A stretch of 36,517 nucleotides of DNA from a virus (IMGVR_UViG_3300016467_000213:1-36517), one strand, 5' to 3'. Positions 1-8,477 are shown, numbered from the stretch's first letter. The notes: generated by a model not told the origin, from the sequence alone. Made by a program: numbers and translations.

Positions 1-22
1 CGTTGTTGATGCGGTTGATCAT
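1..22. repeat. Terminal direct repeat, identical to 36496-36517 (circular assembly overlap)
   Basis: CGTTGTTGATGCGGTTGATCAT occurs at both ends, and the minus-strand operon reads continuously across the join. Confidence 0.95.
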
Positions 23-204
23 TGGAGGTGCTGGTTAGCCCAGTCGAGAAGTTCGGGACGGATCCAAATGCCATGAGGCCAGCCGTTTTCTTGCTGGCTG
101 AGATGCGGGGCGTATTCCGGAAGTTCCGTGTCGCGGATGGTTTCAAGCCAACCGCCGCGGTGATGAAGCGCCAAACGAACGGCGCTGACGGTGCGATACC
201 TCAT
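19..204 (-). CDS. Hypothetical early protein, first gene after the leftward promoter
   Basis: MRYRTVSAVRL...WANQHLQ; ATG at 204 lies just downstream of the promoter motif; its stop overlaps the ATG of the next gene across the join (ATGA). Confidence 0.65.
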   Translation of the reverse strand: MRYRTVSAVRLALHHRGGWLETIRDTELPEYAPHLSQQENGWPHGIWIRPELLDWANQHLQ

Positions 205-231
205 GCGTTGTGTGCGGTGCCCTCTCGGGCG

Positions 232-292
232 TGCACTAAGTATGCCCCGCCCACGGGTCACAGTGCGAACCGCTGTGACAGTTCTTCACACT
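232..292 (-). promoter_or_regulatory. Leftward early promoter copy 1 with upstream HLR1-like direct repeat
   Basis: Minus strand CCCGTGGGCGGGGCATACTTAGTGCA (-10-like CATACT), 21/26 identical to 33066-33091; GTGACAGT-TC-TTCACACT at 275-292. Confidence 0.6.
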
Positions 293-519
293 GCATCAGT
301 GCCGACCGCCAGCTGCACCGGCACCCGCAGCACCGGCACGCTCTTGTTCGTGTCCGGCGTCCGTGCCCAGCCGATCACCGCCACGCTCACAGGCAGCTCC
401 ACTGAGTACCAGACGTGCCTGCAGGCCACGCAGCGCCGCTGCCGGATCGTCTTGTCTGCCTCCTTGCCGTTGGTGGCGATCGCCCTGATCTCCCTGCTAC
501 TGCAGCGGGGGCACTCCAT
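286..519 (-). CDS. Zn-ribbon protein resembling the NrdR N-terminal domain, without ATP-cone
   Basis: MECPRC...IRQRRCVAC...YSVE parallels the NrdR pattern MxCPxC...IRRRRECxxC..RFTTxE. Confidence 0.65.
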   Translation of the reverse strand: MECPRCSSREIRAIATNGKEADKTIRQRRCVACRHVWYSVELPVSVAVIGWARTPDTNKSVPVLRVPVQLAVGTDAV

Positions 520-555
520 CGGTATCCTGAACCTGTACCCCGCCACTATGGCACA

Positions 556-780
556 GTGAACTTCGGTGAGTGGATGGCGGTGGAACTCTCCACCGAGCAG
601 CAGTTCGAGATCGAAAAACAAGCCCGCGCTCTGCTCGAAAGCAAAGACGCGGGCCTTCTCGCTGCTTCTCTCCTCAAACAGACCTGCTACCAGCAGCAGC
701 TGCTACAGCAGGCCGTCAACGAGATCGCACGCCTTGAGTGCGAGCTGATGGGCTGGCCTAGAACAGATCCGCCTCAGTGA
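556..780 (+). CDS. nblA: NblA-like phycobilisome degradation adaptor
   Basis: ELSTEQQFEI matches the NblA hallmark ELSLEQQF; second helix A..L..LLKQ; about 70 aa; GTG 556 or ATG 574 start. Confidence 0.6.
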   Translation: MNFGEWMAVELSTEQQFEIEKQARALLESKDAGLLAASLLKQTCYQQQLLQQAVNEIARLECELMGWPRTDPPQ

Positions 781-1084
781 TCTCGCTCACCACGCCATCG
801 GTCGCCTTGGCCAGGCTCTGAGCGGCGCTCTGTGCAGTCACAGGCGGCACCCAGTCACGCGGCGGCTGCGCCACGGCGCTCACATACGCCAACCCCTTGC
901 TGCTGGTCTTCTTCCAGCCGCTGATCGGCACCTGCACCGAGCCGTACTGATCCGGCGTCTGGCTCATCACAAACGCGCAGAAGGCGTCCAGCTCCTCCAC
1001 CTTCACGTTCAGCATCCCGGAGAAGTCGATCTTGCTCTCGGGCTTGGTGCTCTTGAAGATGCTCAGGTTCAGCTTGAAGCTCAT
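758..1084 (-). CDS. Putative single-stranded DNA-binding protein (DUF736-like)
   Basis: DFSG and ISGWKKTSSKGLAYVS motifs; acidic-aromatic tail EADLF; lies in the recE-recT operon. Confidence 0.6.
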   Translation of the reverse strand: MSFKLNLSIFKSTKPESKIDFSGMLNVKVEELDAFCAFVMSQTPDQYGSVQVPISGWKKTSSKGLAYVSAVAQPPRDWVPPVTAQSAAQSLAKATDGVVSEITEADLF

Positions 1085-1317
1085 GGTCTCTGTTGGGTAG
1101 TTGGGTGATTGGGCATCCCGCGCAGGTTTCGGGCTTCATACGCCTCCACCTCTGCCACGGGATACAGCACGCGGCCTCCGATCTTCACGAACCTCGGGCC
1201 ACGGTTCTGGCTCCTCCAGTTGTCCAGCGTTGCCAGCGTCACGGTGTTGCACCACCGCGCTGCTAAATCAACTGGACGGAGGTAGCCAGGCTGTTCAGAA
1301 GATTTCGTCGTCATCAC
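1081..1317 (-). CDS. Excisionase/AlpA-like winged HTH DNA-binding protein
   Basis: YLRPVDLAARW..TLATLDNWRSQNRGPRFVKIGGRVLY..AEVEAYE. Confidence 0.85.
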   Translation of the reverse strand: MMTTKSSEQPGYLRPVDLAARWCNTVTLATLDNWRSQNRGPRFVKIGGRVLYPVAEVEAYEARNLRGMPNHPTTQQRP

Positions 1318-1978
1318 TTGCTCCCTCTGCCGGTTCTGCAGCTGCAGGCGGCTCCACGATCTTGGCGTTTAACTCTGTGATGGTCACCGGCGCTGGTGCC
1401 GCTGGGCTCACGTCCACGGTCTCCACGTCGATCACCTCTTCCTGCGTCTGGATGCCAACCAGCAGGTCGGGGATGAACAGGCGACCCCAGAAGGCAGCGG
1501 CTCTGTACCGGATCATCAGCTCGGGCATCGTCTGCCACTTGCTGCCGGCCTTGGTTGCCCATCCCTCCTTCTTGGCCATCGCCATCGTCACCTCAGGGCC
1601 ACGCAGCTCCTGGCCGCTGCTCAGCTCGGTGGCCACCGCAGTGCAGGCCAGCGTGTCACCCTTGCCGGTGATCTCATAACGCAGGGGGCTGAACCGGCCG
1701 CACCCGTTGATCAGGCCGATGATGAACTGGCTGCTCCAGCTCGGGCGCCCGTGGATGATGTGCAGGTTCTGCATCACCATCAGCGGGTCCATCTGCATCC
1801 GGCGCGCGATGTTCAGCGCCACTAGGCAGTTGGCAAACCCCTGCTGCCCTTGGAACTGCTGCGGGATCAGCGTGCTGCTGGCGAGCGCCTTGGCGATGCG
1901 CTGGGCATCTTCAAACGCCTGGATGCCGCTGAACACACCAGCGGGCTGTGTGGTTGTTAGTGCTGTGCTGTCAGTCAT
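1295..1978 (-). CDS. RecT-like single-strand annealing protein
   Basis: ANCLVALNIA..MQMDPLMVMQNLHIIHGRPSWSSQF and KWQTMPELMIRYRA motifs; adjacent to exonuclease VIII. Confidence 0.8.
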   Translation of the reverse strand: MTDSTALTTTQPAGVFSGIQAFEDAQRIAKALASSTLIPQQFQGQQGFANCLVALNIARRMQMDPLMVMQNLHIIHGRPSWSSQFIIGLINGCGRFSPLRYEITGKGDTLACTAVATELSSGQELRGPEVTMAMAKKEGWATKAGSKWQTMPELMIRYRAAAFWGRLFIPDLLVGIQTQEEVIDVETVDVSPAAPAPVTITELNAKIVEPPAAAEPAEGASDDDEIF

Positions 1979-1981
1979 GGC

Positions 1982-2827
1982 TTAGTAGGTCTCGATTTCG
2001 GTGGGCTGTTGGGGCAGTGATCCATCAGGCCGCGGCCGCATCCAGCCCGGCAGGCTGATCAGCTCGATCTGCTCGCTGTAGCTCGGCCAGCTGTCAGCCG
2101 CCTTGCACTCAGCCAGCAGCGCAAGGTCGCGGGCGGCCTGTGCCATCCCGGCTGCCACCATCTCGGCGTCTGCGGCATAGACCGCGACGGCATGGGGCGG
2201 CTTCTTCTCCACACAGATGAAGATGAACTGCTCAGGCCGCTTGCCGCTGGCCTGCTCCAGCCCGTGCAGATACCAGGCGCTCTGGACGTGGTAGCGCCAG
2301 CTGCTGATGGACTTCCGAAACCCTGCCGGGCTCGCATCCTCGGTGGTCTTAAGATCCACCACGATCGAGCCGTCGCTGGTCAGCCAGTCCGGCCGGCACT
2401 TGCACTCCAGCCCGGTCGCCTCATCCGACCACATGTGCGTGGTCTCGGCATCGCCCGGCAGGTTCAACAGCATCGCAGCAGCCGGGTGCTTGTAGACCGC
2501 ACGCGCCATCTGCATCACCTGCTCGGCATCAGAGCGGCTGATCACCGTGCGGCCGGCAGCGGCCACAGTGAACGCCTCCCACTCAGCCTTGCCCTGCTTG
2601 GTGCGGCGGTCGATCCCCTCCGGCGCCATGACATAGCGCGCGTCCCATGCGTCCAGCTCTAAGACATGGGTGTGAAGCGCAGTGCCAAGCAGCATCGCTG
2701 GCGTTGGCTCCGGCTCCACCCGATTGGGGTCCACATACCGCGCCCAGTAATGCAGCGGGCTACGCGCCACCAAGTCGAGGTGGCTTTTGCTGACCGCGGA
2801 GTGCCGGTGGTACTCGGCGTTCTCCAT
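1982..2827 (-). CDS. Exonuclease VIII / RecE-like PD-(D/E)XK nuclease (DUF3799)
   Basis: YH...AVSKSHL, GTALH, KCRPD, VDLKTT and YHVQSAWY motifs. Confidence 0.9.
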   Translation of the reverse strand: MENAEYHRHSAVSKSHLDLVARSPLHYWARYVDPNRVEPEPTPAMLLGTALHTHVLELDAWDARYVMAPEGIDRRTKQGKAEWEAFTVAAAGRTVISRSDAEQVMQMARAVYKHPAAAMLLNLPGDAETTHMWSDEATGLECKCRPDWLTSDGSIVVDLKTTEDASPAGFRKSISSWRYHVQSAWYLHGLEQASGKRPEQFIFICVEKKPPHAVAVYAADAEMVAAGMAQAARDLALLAECKAADSWPSYSEQIELISLPGWMRPRPDGSLPQQPTEIETY

Positions 2828-2965
2828 AGGCTCGTTCTCATCAGGGCTCACGCAACCTATCATCATCTCCTCCCCTTTCACTGCGGTTCACGCTAACTCT
2901 TTGATTTCCTTTGGCTTTCCAGCCTCTGACTCGCCTACCACTAAGGCCGTCGCAGGTCTAGTCCA

Positions 2966-4339
2966 ATGAGTCTCACGCTCCGTCCCTATCAACAGCGCGC
3001 CGTTCACGATCTACGCCTCGCCTTCCGCGATGGCGCACGCGCGCCCCTGCTGGTGCTCCCCACCGGCGGCGGGAAGACCATCTGCATGGCTGAGATCTTG
3101 CGGGGCATCGCGGACCGTGGCCGCTCAGCGATCGTGCTGGTGCATCGCCGTGAGCTGATCACACAGACCGCGCACAAGCTCGCGCTGGCAGCCGTTGAAC
3201 ACGGCACCATCGCCGCAGGCATCACGCCCACGGATCACCCCATCCAGGTCGCTTCAGTTCAGACGCTGGTTCGTCGGCTGGATCACATCACCACCTCACC
3301 TGACTTGATCGTTGTCGATGAGGCGCACCACGCCACAAGCAGCTCGTGGTGTCGCATCCTCCAGCACTGGCCGGATGCTCTACGCCTCGGTGTCTCTGCA
3401 ACCCCCATCCGGCTGGATAGCCGCGGCCTATCAGCAGTTTTCGACCGCCTTGTGCTCGGTCCGTCTGTCGCGGATCTTGTATTCACTGGCTACCTCGCAC
3501 AGTCTCGGATCTACGCACCTCCGCAGGTGGCGGATCTATCTGAATTGCGCCGGCGCGCTGGTGACTACGCCATCGACCAGGCCGCAGACGCCATGGATCG
3601 GCCAACGGTCACCGGCGACGCCATTGCCCACTACCAACGCCTAGCGGGGGCACAACGTGCGATCGCCTTTTGCTGCTCCGTCCAGCACGCGGAACATGTA
3701 GCGGACTCATTCAACGTTGCAGGCATACCAGCCGCCACGCTTCTCGGTTCACTTGATCCAGTTCGCCGCGATCAGGTGGTCCAGCAGTTCGCCGCAGGGC
3801 AGCTGCAGGTGCTGGTGACCGTGGATGTGGTTTCGGAGGGCTTTGACATCCCAGCAGCAGGCTGCGCCATCCTGCTCCGCCCCACGCAGTCCTTGAGCCT
3901 CTACCTGCAGCAGGTCGGCCGCGTGCTCCGCCCTGCCCCAGGCAAGACCCACGCCGTGATCCTCGATCACGTTGGCAACGTCCACCGCCACGGCTGGCCC
4001 GATGATCCCCGCGAGTGGAGCCTGGAAGGCGTGGTGCGCCGTGCTGGAGCTGGTGGTCCAACAGCACCATCGGTCCGCACCTGTCCTCAGTGCTTTGCAG
4101 CCTTCAAGCCCGCCCCCATCTGCCCGGTCTGTGGTGCGGCCTGTGCGCCAGAGCCGCGACGTGAGCTGCGCCAGGTCGCTGGTGAGCTGAAGGAGCTACA
4201 ACGCGAAGCGGTCCGGCAGCGCACCACAGAGCGCAAGCGCGCTCGCACCCTGCCTGAGCTGCTGGCGCTGGCCAAGGAGCGCGGCTACTCGCCCGGCTGG
4301 GCCTACAAGGTGCATCATGCACGCAGCCGATCCGCCTGA
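2966..4339 (+). CDS. SF2 DEAD/DEAH-box helicase with C-terminal Zn ribbon
   Basis: LRPYQ, PTGGGKT, DEAHH, SATP, EGFDIP, QQVGRVLR; CPQC...CPVC. Confidence 0.95.
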   Translation: MSLTLRPYQQRAVHDLRLAFRDGARAPLLVLPTGGGKTICMAEILRGIADRGRSAIVLVHRRELITQTAHKLALAAVEHGTIAAGITPTDHPIQVASVQTLVRRLDHITTSPDLIVVDEAHHATSSSWCRILQHWPDALRLGVSATPIRLDSRGLSAVFDRLVLGPSVADLVFTGYLAQSRIYAPPQVADLSELRRRAGDYAIDQAADAMDRPTVTGDAIAHYQRLAGAQRAIAFCCSVQHAEHVADSFNVAGIPAATLLGSLDPVRRDQVVQQFAAGQLQVLVTVDVVSEGFDIPAAGCAILLRPTQSLSLYLQQVGRVLRPAPGKTHAVILDHVGNVHRHGWPDDPREWSLEGVVRRAGAGGPTAPSVRTCPQCFAAFKPAPICPVCGAACAPEPRRELRQVAGELKELQREAVRQRTTERKRARTLPELLALAKERGYSPGWAYKVHHARSRSA

Positions 4340-4340
4340 C

Positions 4341-4700
4341 GTGGCAAACGCCGAGACCGACCTCCAGCAGCGCATCAGGCTCGCGCTCGGCCTTCGCACA
4401 GACCTGCGCCTCTTCCGCAACCAGGTCGGCCAGCTGCCAGACCCCAAAACCGGCCGCCCCGTTCAGTTCGGCCTCGCACGCGGCTCCGCTGATCTCATCG
4501 GCTGGCGCACGGTGACGATCACGCCGGACATGGTTGGCCAGCGCATTGCCGTCTTCTCCTCCCTAGAGATCAAGACCCCCACAGGCCGCCTCACGCCCGC
4601 TCAGCACAACTGGCAGGCAGCTGTCCGATCGGCTGGGGGCATCGCGGGGGTGGCGCGGTCTGTTACAGATGCCCTCGCCATCCTGAAGGACAGCCCATAA
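4341..4700 (+). CDS. VRR-NUC domain nuclease
   Basis: ETDLQQRI, RLFRNQVG, GSADLIG, EIKTPTGRLTPAQ, GGIAGVARS. Confidence 0.85.
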   Translation: MANAETDLQQRIRLALGLRTDLRLFRNQVGQLPDPKTGRPVQFGLARGSADLIGWRTVTITPDMVGQRIAVFSSLEIKTPTGRLTPAQHNWQAAVRSAGGIAGVARSVTDALAILKDSP

Positions 4701-4774
4701 TGCCCATGCCTGAAAAGGATGGCCGGCGGTGCTCAGAACACCCCGGCCGCGGTCCACAGCCCTTACCTGCAGAC

Positions 4775-7240
4775 ATGACAACATTACAGAAGTCGCCTGA
4801 CTTCAGCGCGATCCGCTCATTCCTGCGCGTGATCGGCAAGCCAACAGGAACAGCGCGCCTGCGTGGCTTCTTCCCTAACGGTCACCCCTCTAAAGGCGAC
4901 GATCGAGGCCGCAAGGCGCCACCATCCCGCAATGTCGTCGAGGAGTGGCAGGCCGAAGGCCGCGGCGTCTATGTCGTCATCAATGACGGCGGCGATACCG
5001 ACGCCGAGATCACAGGCTGCCGCGCCTTCTTCTGCGAATGGGACGATCGCCCAAAGGATTGGCAGCTCAATGCATGGCAGGAGCTGGGCCTGCCTGAACC
5101 GACCATCCAGGTCGATACCGGCGGCAAGTCCATCCACTGCTACTGGGTGCTCACGGATCCGATCAGCCCGCAGCATTGGCGCATCCTTCAGAAGCGCCTG
5201 CTCGATCACGCAGATGCCGATCGAGCACTCAAGAACCCCTCGCGCGTCATGCGCCTGCCCGGCACCTATCACGTCCGGCCAGATGGCAGCCTTGGCGAGC
5301 TTGCATCCATCGTCAGCTGCTCAGAGCAGACCTACAACGTCGAGCAGATCGAGGCGTGCCTACCAGAGCCCGAACCGCAGCAGCCGGCTCCAATACCAAC
5401 GACAGCTCTACTGCCCGATGCCATCGCACTGGAGGATCTGCTGCCTAAGGAGCTGCAGCAGCTGGCCGAGAATGGCACCGCCGAAGGCAGCCGGAATGAG
5501 GACTGCTTTCGCCTTGCCGCTGTCTCCCTAGCCGTCGTTGATGCAGCTCAAGCTGCTGGCCTGGCCATTAACGGCACGCCCGAGCAAGTGGTGCTTGCCT
5601 TTGCCGCTCGCTGCTCTCCGCCTCTAGATCAACGCGAGGCGCTCACCTGTTACCGCAGCGCAGCAGAGCAGCCGCGCGTGGCAGATAAAGGCTGGCCCGA
5701 TCGCCTGCGCTATCACCTCAACCGCCAGGCACGCCAGCAGCGCAGACAGCAGCTGCCGCAACCCGTGCAGCCTGTCCCTGCCCCGCAGCCTCCTGTCGCT
5801 GAAGTAACGCAGGCCCTTCAGCTGTTCCTAGAGACCAAGAACGCTGACTACCTGCCCTTGATTGAGCAGGGCGTCTTCGGTCTTCCTGAAACGCGCTGGA
5901 TCTGCCACGACAACATCCTCCACAAGTGGAACGGCACTCACTACGAGCCGGTGCCTGATGAGCGGCTCAGCCCGCTGTTGGCGCATTTCCTACAGCAGCT
6001 CCACACGCTTGAACGCAAGGAAGGCGAGCACATCCACCCATGGGGCAGGCCACGCTATGTCGCGGAGTCCCTCGCATGGATGCGCGCCAAGCTCGGCACA
6101 ACAGAAGTCAACCCACCCAACGCCATCAACTGCCGCAATGGTGTCGTCAGCTGGTCATGGCAGGACGGGCGCTTCATCCAAGAGTTCAGCCCGCACGACC
6201 CTGATGTGCCCTTCACCTATGTCACCGGCTACGACTACGACCCCGATGCTGATCCGCAGCACATGCTGCGCCTTTTAGAGGCCGTCGAGGCATCCGATCA
6301 GGACACCCTCCAGCGCATCCTTGGCTCATCGCTGGACCTCGCCAAATACCGCGCCACACGCGGCCGCCCCAGAGCCATGCTCATGATCGGCTCAGGCTCC
6401 AACGGCAAGGACACCATCCGCACTGCCCTGCGCGACACGCTCGGCGCTCGCAACTTCAGCTCCTGCACACTCGCTGATTTCCGCCAGTACGACCAAGGCC
6501 GGAAGTTTCCCATCGCGCCTTTGCGTGATGCCTCGATCAACTGGTCATCTGAGAACAGCCAGTTCGTTCACATCGACAGCCTGCAGGCCCTCAAAAGCGC
6601 CATCTCAGGCGAGGAGCTGGCATGGGAGGTGAAGGGTATCCAAGAGGCCAACTTCGTTCCTAACTGCCTGTTCGTCTTCAACCTCAACAAGGAGCCATCC
6701 CTCACTGGTGAGCAGGCCGCTATCGAGACCCGCTTCCACGTCTTCCAGTTCAACCGCACCTACATGTCGGTGCCGACCAGGCCTGAGCACCTGAAGGCTG
6801 ATCCGCGCCTTAAGGATGACCCTGAGTTCATCCATCGCCACATCTGCCCGGCCTTCCTGAACTGGCTGCTTGAAGGGCTCCAGCTGTCGGTGGAGCACGG
6901 CATCGACTACGAGACCGGGCGCGCGGCCATGCGCGCAGTTCGTCGCAAGGGCAGCCACCTCTGGGACTTCTGCGATGAGGTTGGCCTGCAATGGGAGGAC
7001 GGCGCCAAGACCCCACTCCTACACGTTTGGCTGCATCTGTGCGACTGGTACGCGGCCGAGGGCTTCAAGGACAGCAACGGCCGCTGGGTGATCGACCCGC
7101 CCAACGATCCACCTGTGAAGGCATCGAGGCTGCTGGTGCCGCGCCTGATGGCCGTGTTTCCCGAGCTGAAGGTCGAGAAAGACCCGAAGACAAGAGCCGC
7201 CACGGTCATTGGCGTGCGTTTGCCTCCGACGATCGGCTGA
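4775..7240 (+). CDS. Primase-helicase: RepB-type primase, PriCT-like region, D5_N and SF3 helicase
   Basis: FFCEWDD, DTGGKSIHCYW, KNPSRVMRLPG; EGSRNE; INCRNG; GSGSNGKDT; ETRF. Confidence 0.9.
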   Translation: MTTLQKSPDFSAIRSFLRVIGKPTGTARLRGFFPNGHPSKGDDRGRKAPPSRNVVEEWQAEGRGVYVVINDGGDTDAEITGCRAFFCEWDDRPKDWQLNAWQELGLPEPTIQVDTGGKSIHCYWVLTDPISPQHWRILQKRLLDHADADRALKNPSRVMRLPGTYHVRPDGSLGELASIVSCSEQTYNVEQIEACLPEPEPQQPAPIPTTALLPDAIALEDLLPKELQQLAENGTAEGSRNEDCFRLAAVSLAVVDAAQAAGLAINGTPEQVVLAFAARCSPPLDQREALTCYRSAAEQPRVADKGWPDRLRYHLNRQARQQRRQQLPQPVQPVPAPQPPVAEVTQALQLFLETKNADYLPLIEQGVFGLPETRWICHDNILHKWNGTHYEPVPDERLSPLLAHFLQQLHTLERKEGEHIHPWGRPRYVAESLAWMRAKLGTTEVNPPNAINCRNGVVSWSWQDGRFIQEFSPHDPDVPFTYVTGYDYDPDADPQHMLRLLEAVEASDQDTLQRILGSSLDLAKYRATRGRPRAMLMIGSGSNGKDTIRTALRDTLGARNFSSCTLADFRQYDQGRKFPIAPLRDASINWSSENSQFVHIDSLQALKSAISGEELAWEVKGIQEANFVPNCLFVFNLNKEPSLTGEQAAIETRFHVFQFNRTYMSVPTRPEHLKADPRLKDDPEFIHRHICPAFLNWLLEGLQLSVEHGIDYETGRAAMRAVRRKGSHLWDFCDEVGLQWEDGAKTPLLHVWLHLCDWYAAEGFKDSNGRWVIDPPNDPPVKASRLLVPRLMAVFPELKVEKDPKTRAATVIGVRLPPTIG

Positions 7241-7244
7241 GCTG

Positions 7245-7480
7245 ATGCGAAGCCAACTTGCCTTCTGGCGAGCGGAAACCCGTAGCCAAATCGAAGGCCA
7301 AACCCCTTGCAATCATTACCTGAAGCCTAATCCCCCTACACATCACACATACATGGGGGTAAGGGAGAATCTATACATGTGTGTAAAAGAGAGTGCCTTT
7401 TTGCCTCTTTTGCTTTCACCCCCGCAAACACTGGGCTCTTGCCTCCGACTTGGCTTCAGCCCTGCTAGCTTGGTCTCGTC
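7245..7480. other. Putative replication origin
   Basis: Non-coding, AT-richer gap after the primase; GAAGCCAA-like repeats at 7249, 7282, 7293 and 7322 face inverted copies (TTGGCTTC 7450; TTGCCTC and TTGCTTTC 7400-7446). Confidence 0.5.
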
Positions 7481-7503
7481 CAGCCCTTACCCGGACACCT
7501 GAC

Positions 7504-7725
7504 ATGCCCAAGACCTTTGGCGCCTGGCTCAAGGCGCAGCAAGAGCGCAGCGACGACGTGGGCGATCTTGCCCGCGACTTCATCGACGCCTGCCGCTGGA
7601 TGAAGGATGACCCCATGGCCATGAGCCATGGATCGGTCACCCTGCAGATGGCCTGCCTCAATGCCTGCAGCGAGGCTTATGAGGCCCTCGATGCTGCGGC
7701 TGCTGAGTGGGAGGGTTCCCGCTAA
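7504..7725 (+). CDS. YozE/SAM-like small protein
   Basis: TFGAWLKAQ..RSDDVGDLARDF...A..EW pattern. Confidence 0.6.
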   Translation: MPKTFGAWLKAQQERSDDVGDLARDFIDACRWMKDDPMAMSHGSVTLQMACLNACSEAYEALDAAAAEWEGSR

Positions 7726-7775
7726 CTCACGCTTCTGGGATGGTGCTCCCCCTGCGCCGTCCCTACCCTTGGCGC

Positions 7776-8468
7776 ATGGCGACCATCACCCTCGACATCC
7801 AATCCGAGCTGCCCAAGGCGATCCGCTGGACGGATGCCATGACCAAGCAGCTCCCCTTCGCCATCAGCCAGGCGCTCAACGCCTCAGCCTTCGACGCACG
7901 CACGGCACTCAACGGCTCAACCAGCCAATACTTCGACAGGCCCAACCGCTTCACCCAGTCCGCCTTTTTGGTCCAGAAGACCAACAAGCGGGAGCTTGAG
8001 GCGATCGTCTATGCCAACGCACAGCAAGGCCGCGATCGTGCGCGCTACCTGCGCTATGGCATCCAAGGCGGTGAGCGCCGGCAGAAGGGCTTCGAGAAGA
8101 AGTTCCTTGCTGAGATCGTTGGCACCCGCACCATCCCCTCCAATGCCCAGCTGGTGCCCACCTCGCTGGTCAAGCTGGATGGCTCGGGCAATGTCAGCCT
8201 GAGCACCATCAAGCGCATCCAAGCCGGCCTGAGCGGCAAAGTACGCGGTGGCTTCTTCATCGGTCAGCCACGCAACAACCCCGGCCTGCCACCCGGCATC
8301 TATCGCCGCTCACGCGAGCAGCTGTTCCCCTACTTCATCGCCACCACCGACCGCGGCAGCTACAGGCCACGCCTGCCCATGGCAGAGATCGGCAGCAAGG
8401 CCGTGCAGCGCCGCTTCGGTGGCTACTTGCAGAGCAGCCTGGAGAAAGCCCTTGCCACGGCACGCTGA
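7776..8468 (+). CDS. Putative neck / tail-completion protein (lambda gpZ-like)
   Basis: KQLPFAISQALNASAFDAR...FDRPNRFT, a basic protein type common next to cos in siphoviruses. Confidence 0.55.
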   Translation: MATITLDIQSELPKAIRWTDAMTKQLPFAISQALNASAFDARTALNGSTSQYFDRPNRFTQSAFLVQKTNKRELEAIVYANAQQGRDRARYLRYGIQGGERRQKGFEKKFLAEIVGTRTIPSNAQLVPTSLVKLDGSGNVSLSTIKRIQAGLSGKVRGGFFIGQPRNNPGLPPGIYRRSREQLFPYFIATTDRGSYRPRLPMAEIGSKAVQRRFGGYLQSSLEKALATAR

Positions 8469-8477
8469 GGCCGCTGC

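Noticed and set aside
274-290. TGTGA-N7-TCACA as a CRP site
   Set aside because: CRP needs an N6 spacer, and the second promoter copy keeps the direct repeat rather than the palindrome
476-483. HIP1 octamer GCGATCGC (also near 3659, 19728, 30680, 30873) as a host signature
   Set aside because: A handful of copies in a GC-rich, GATC-rich 36 kb genome; enrichment cannot be shown without counting against a Markov model
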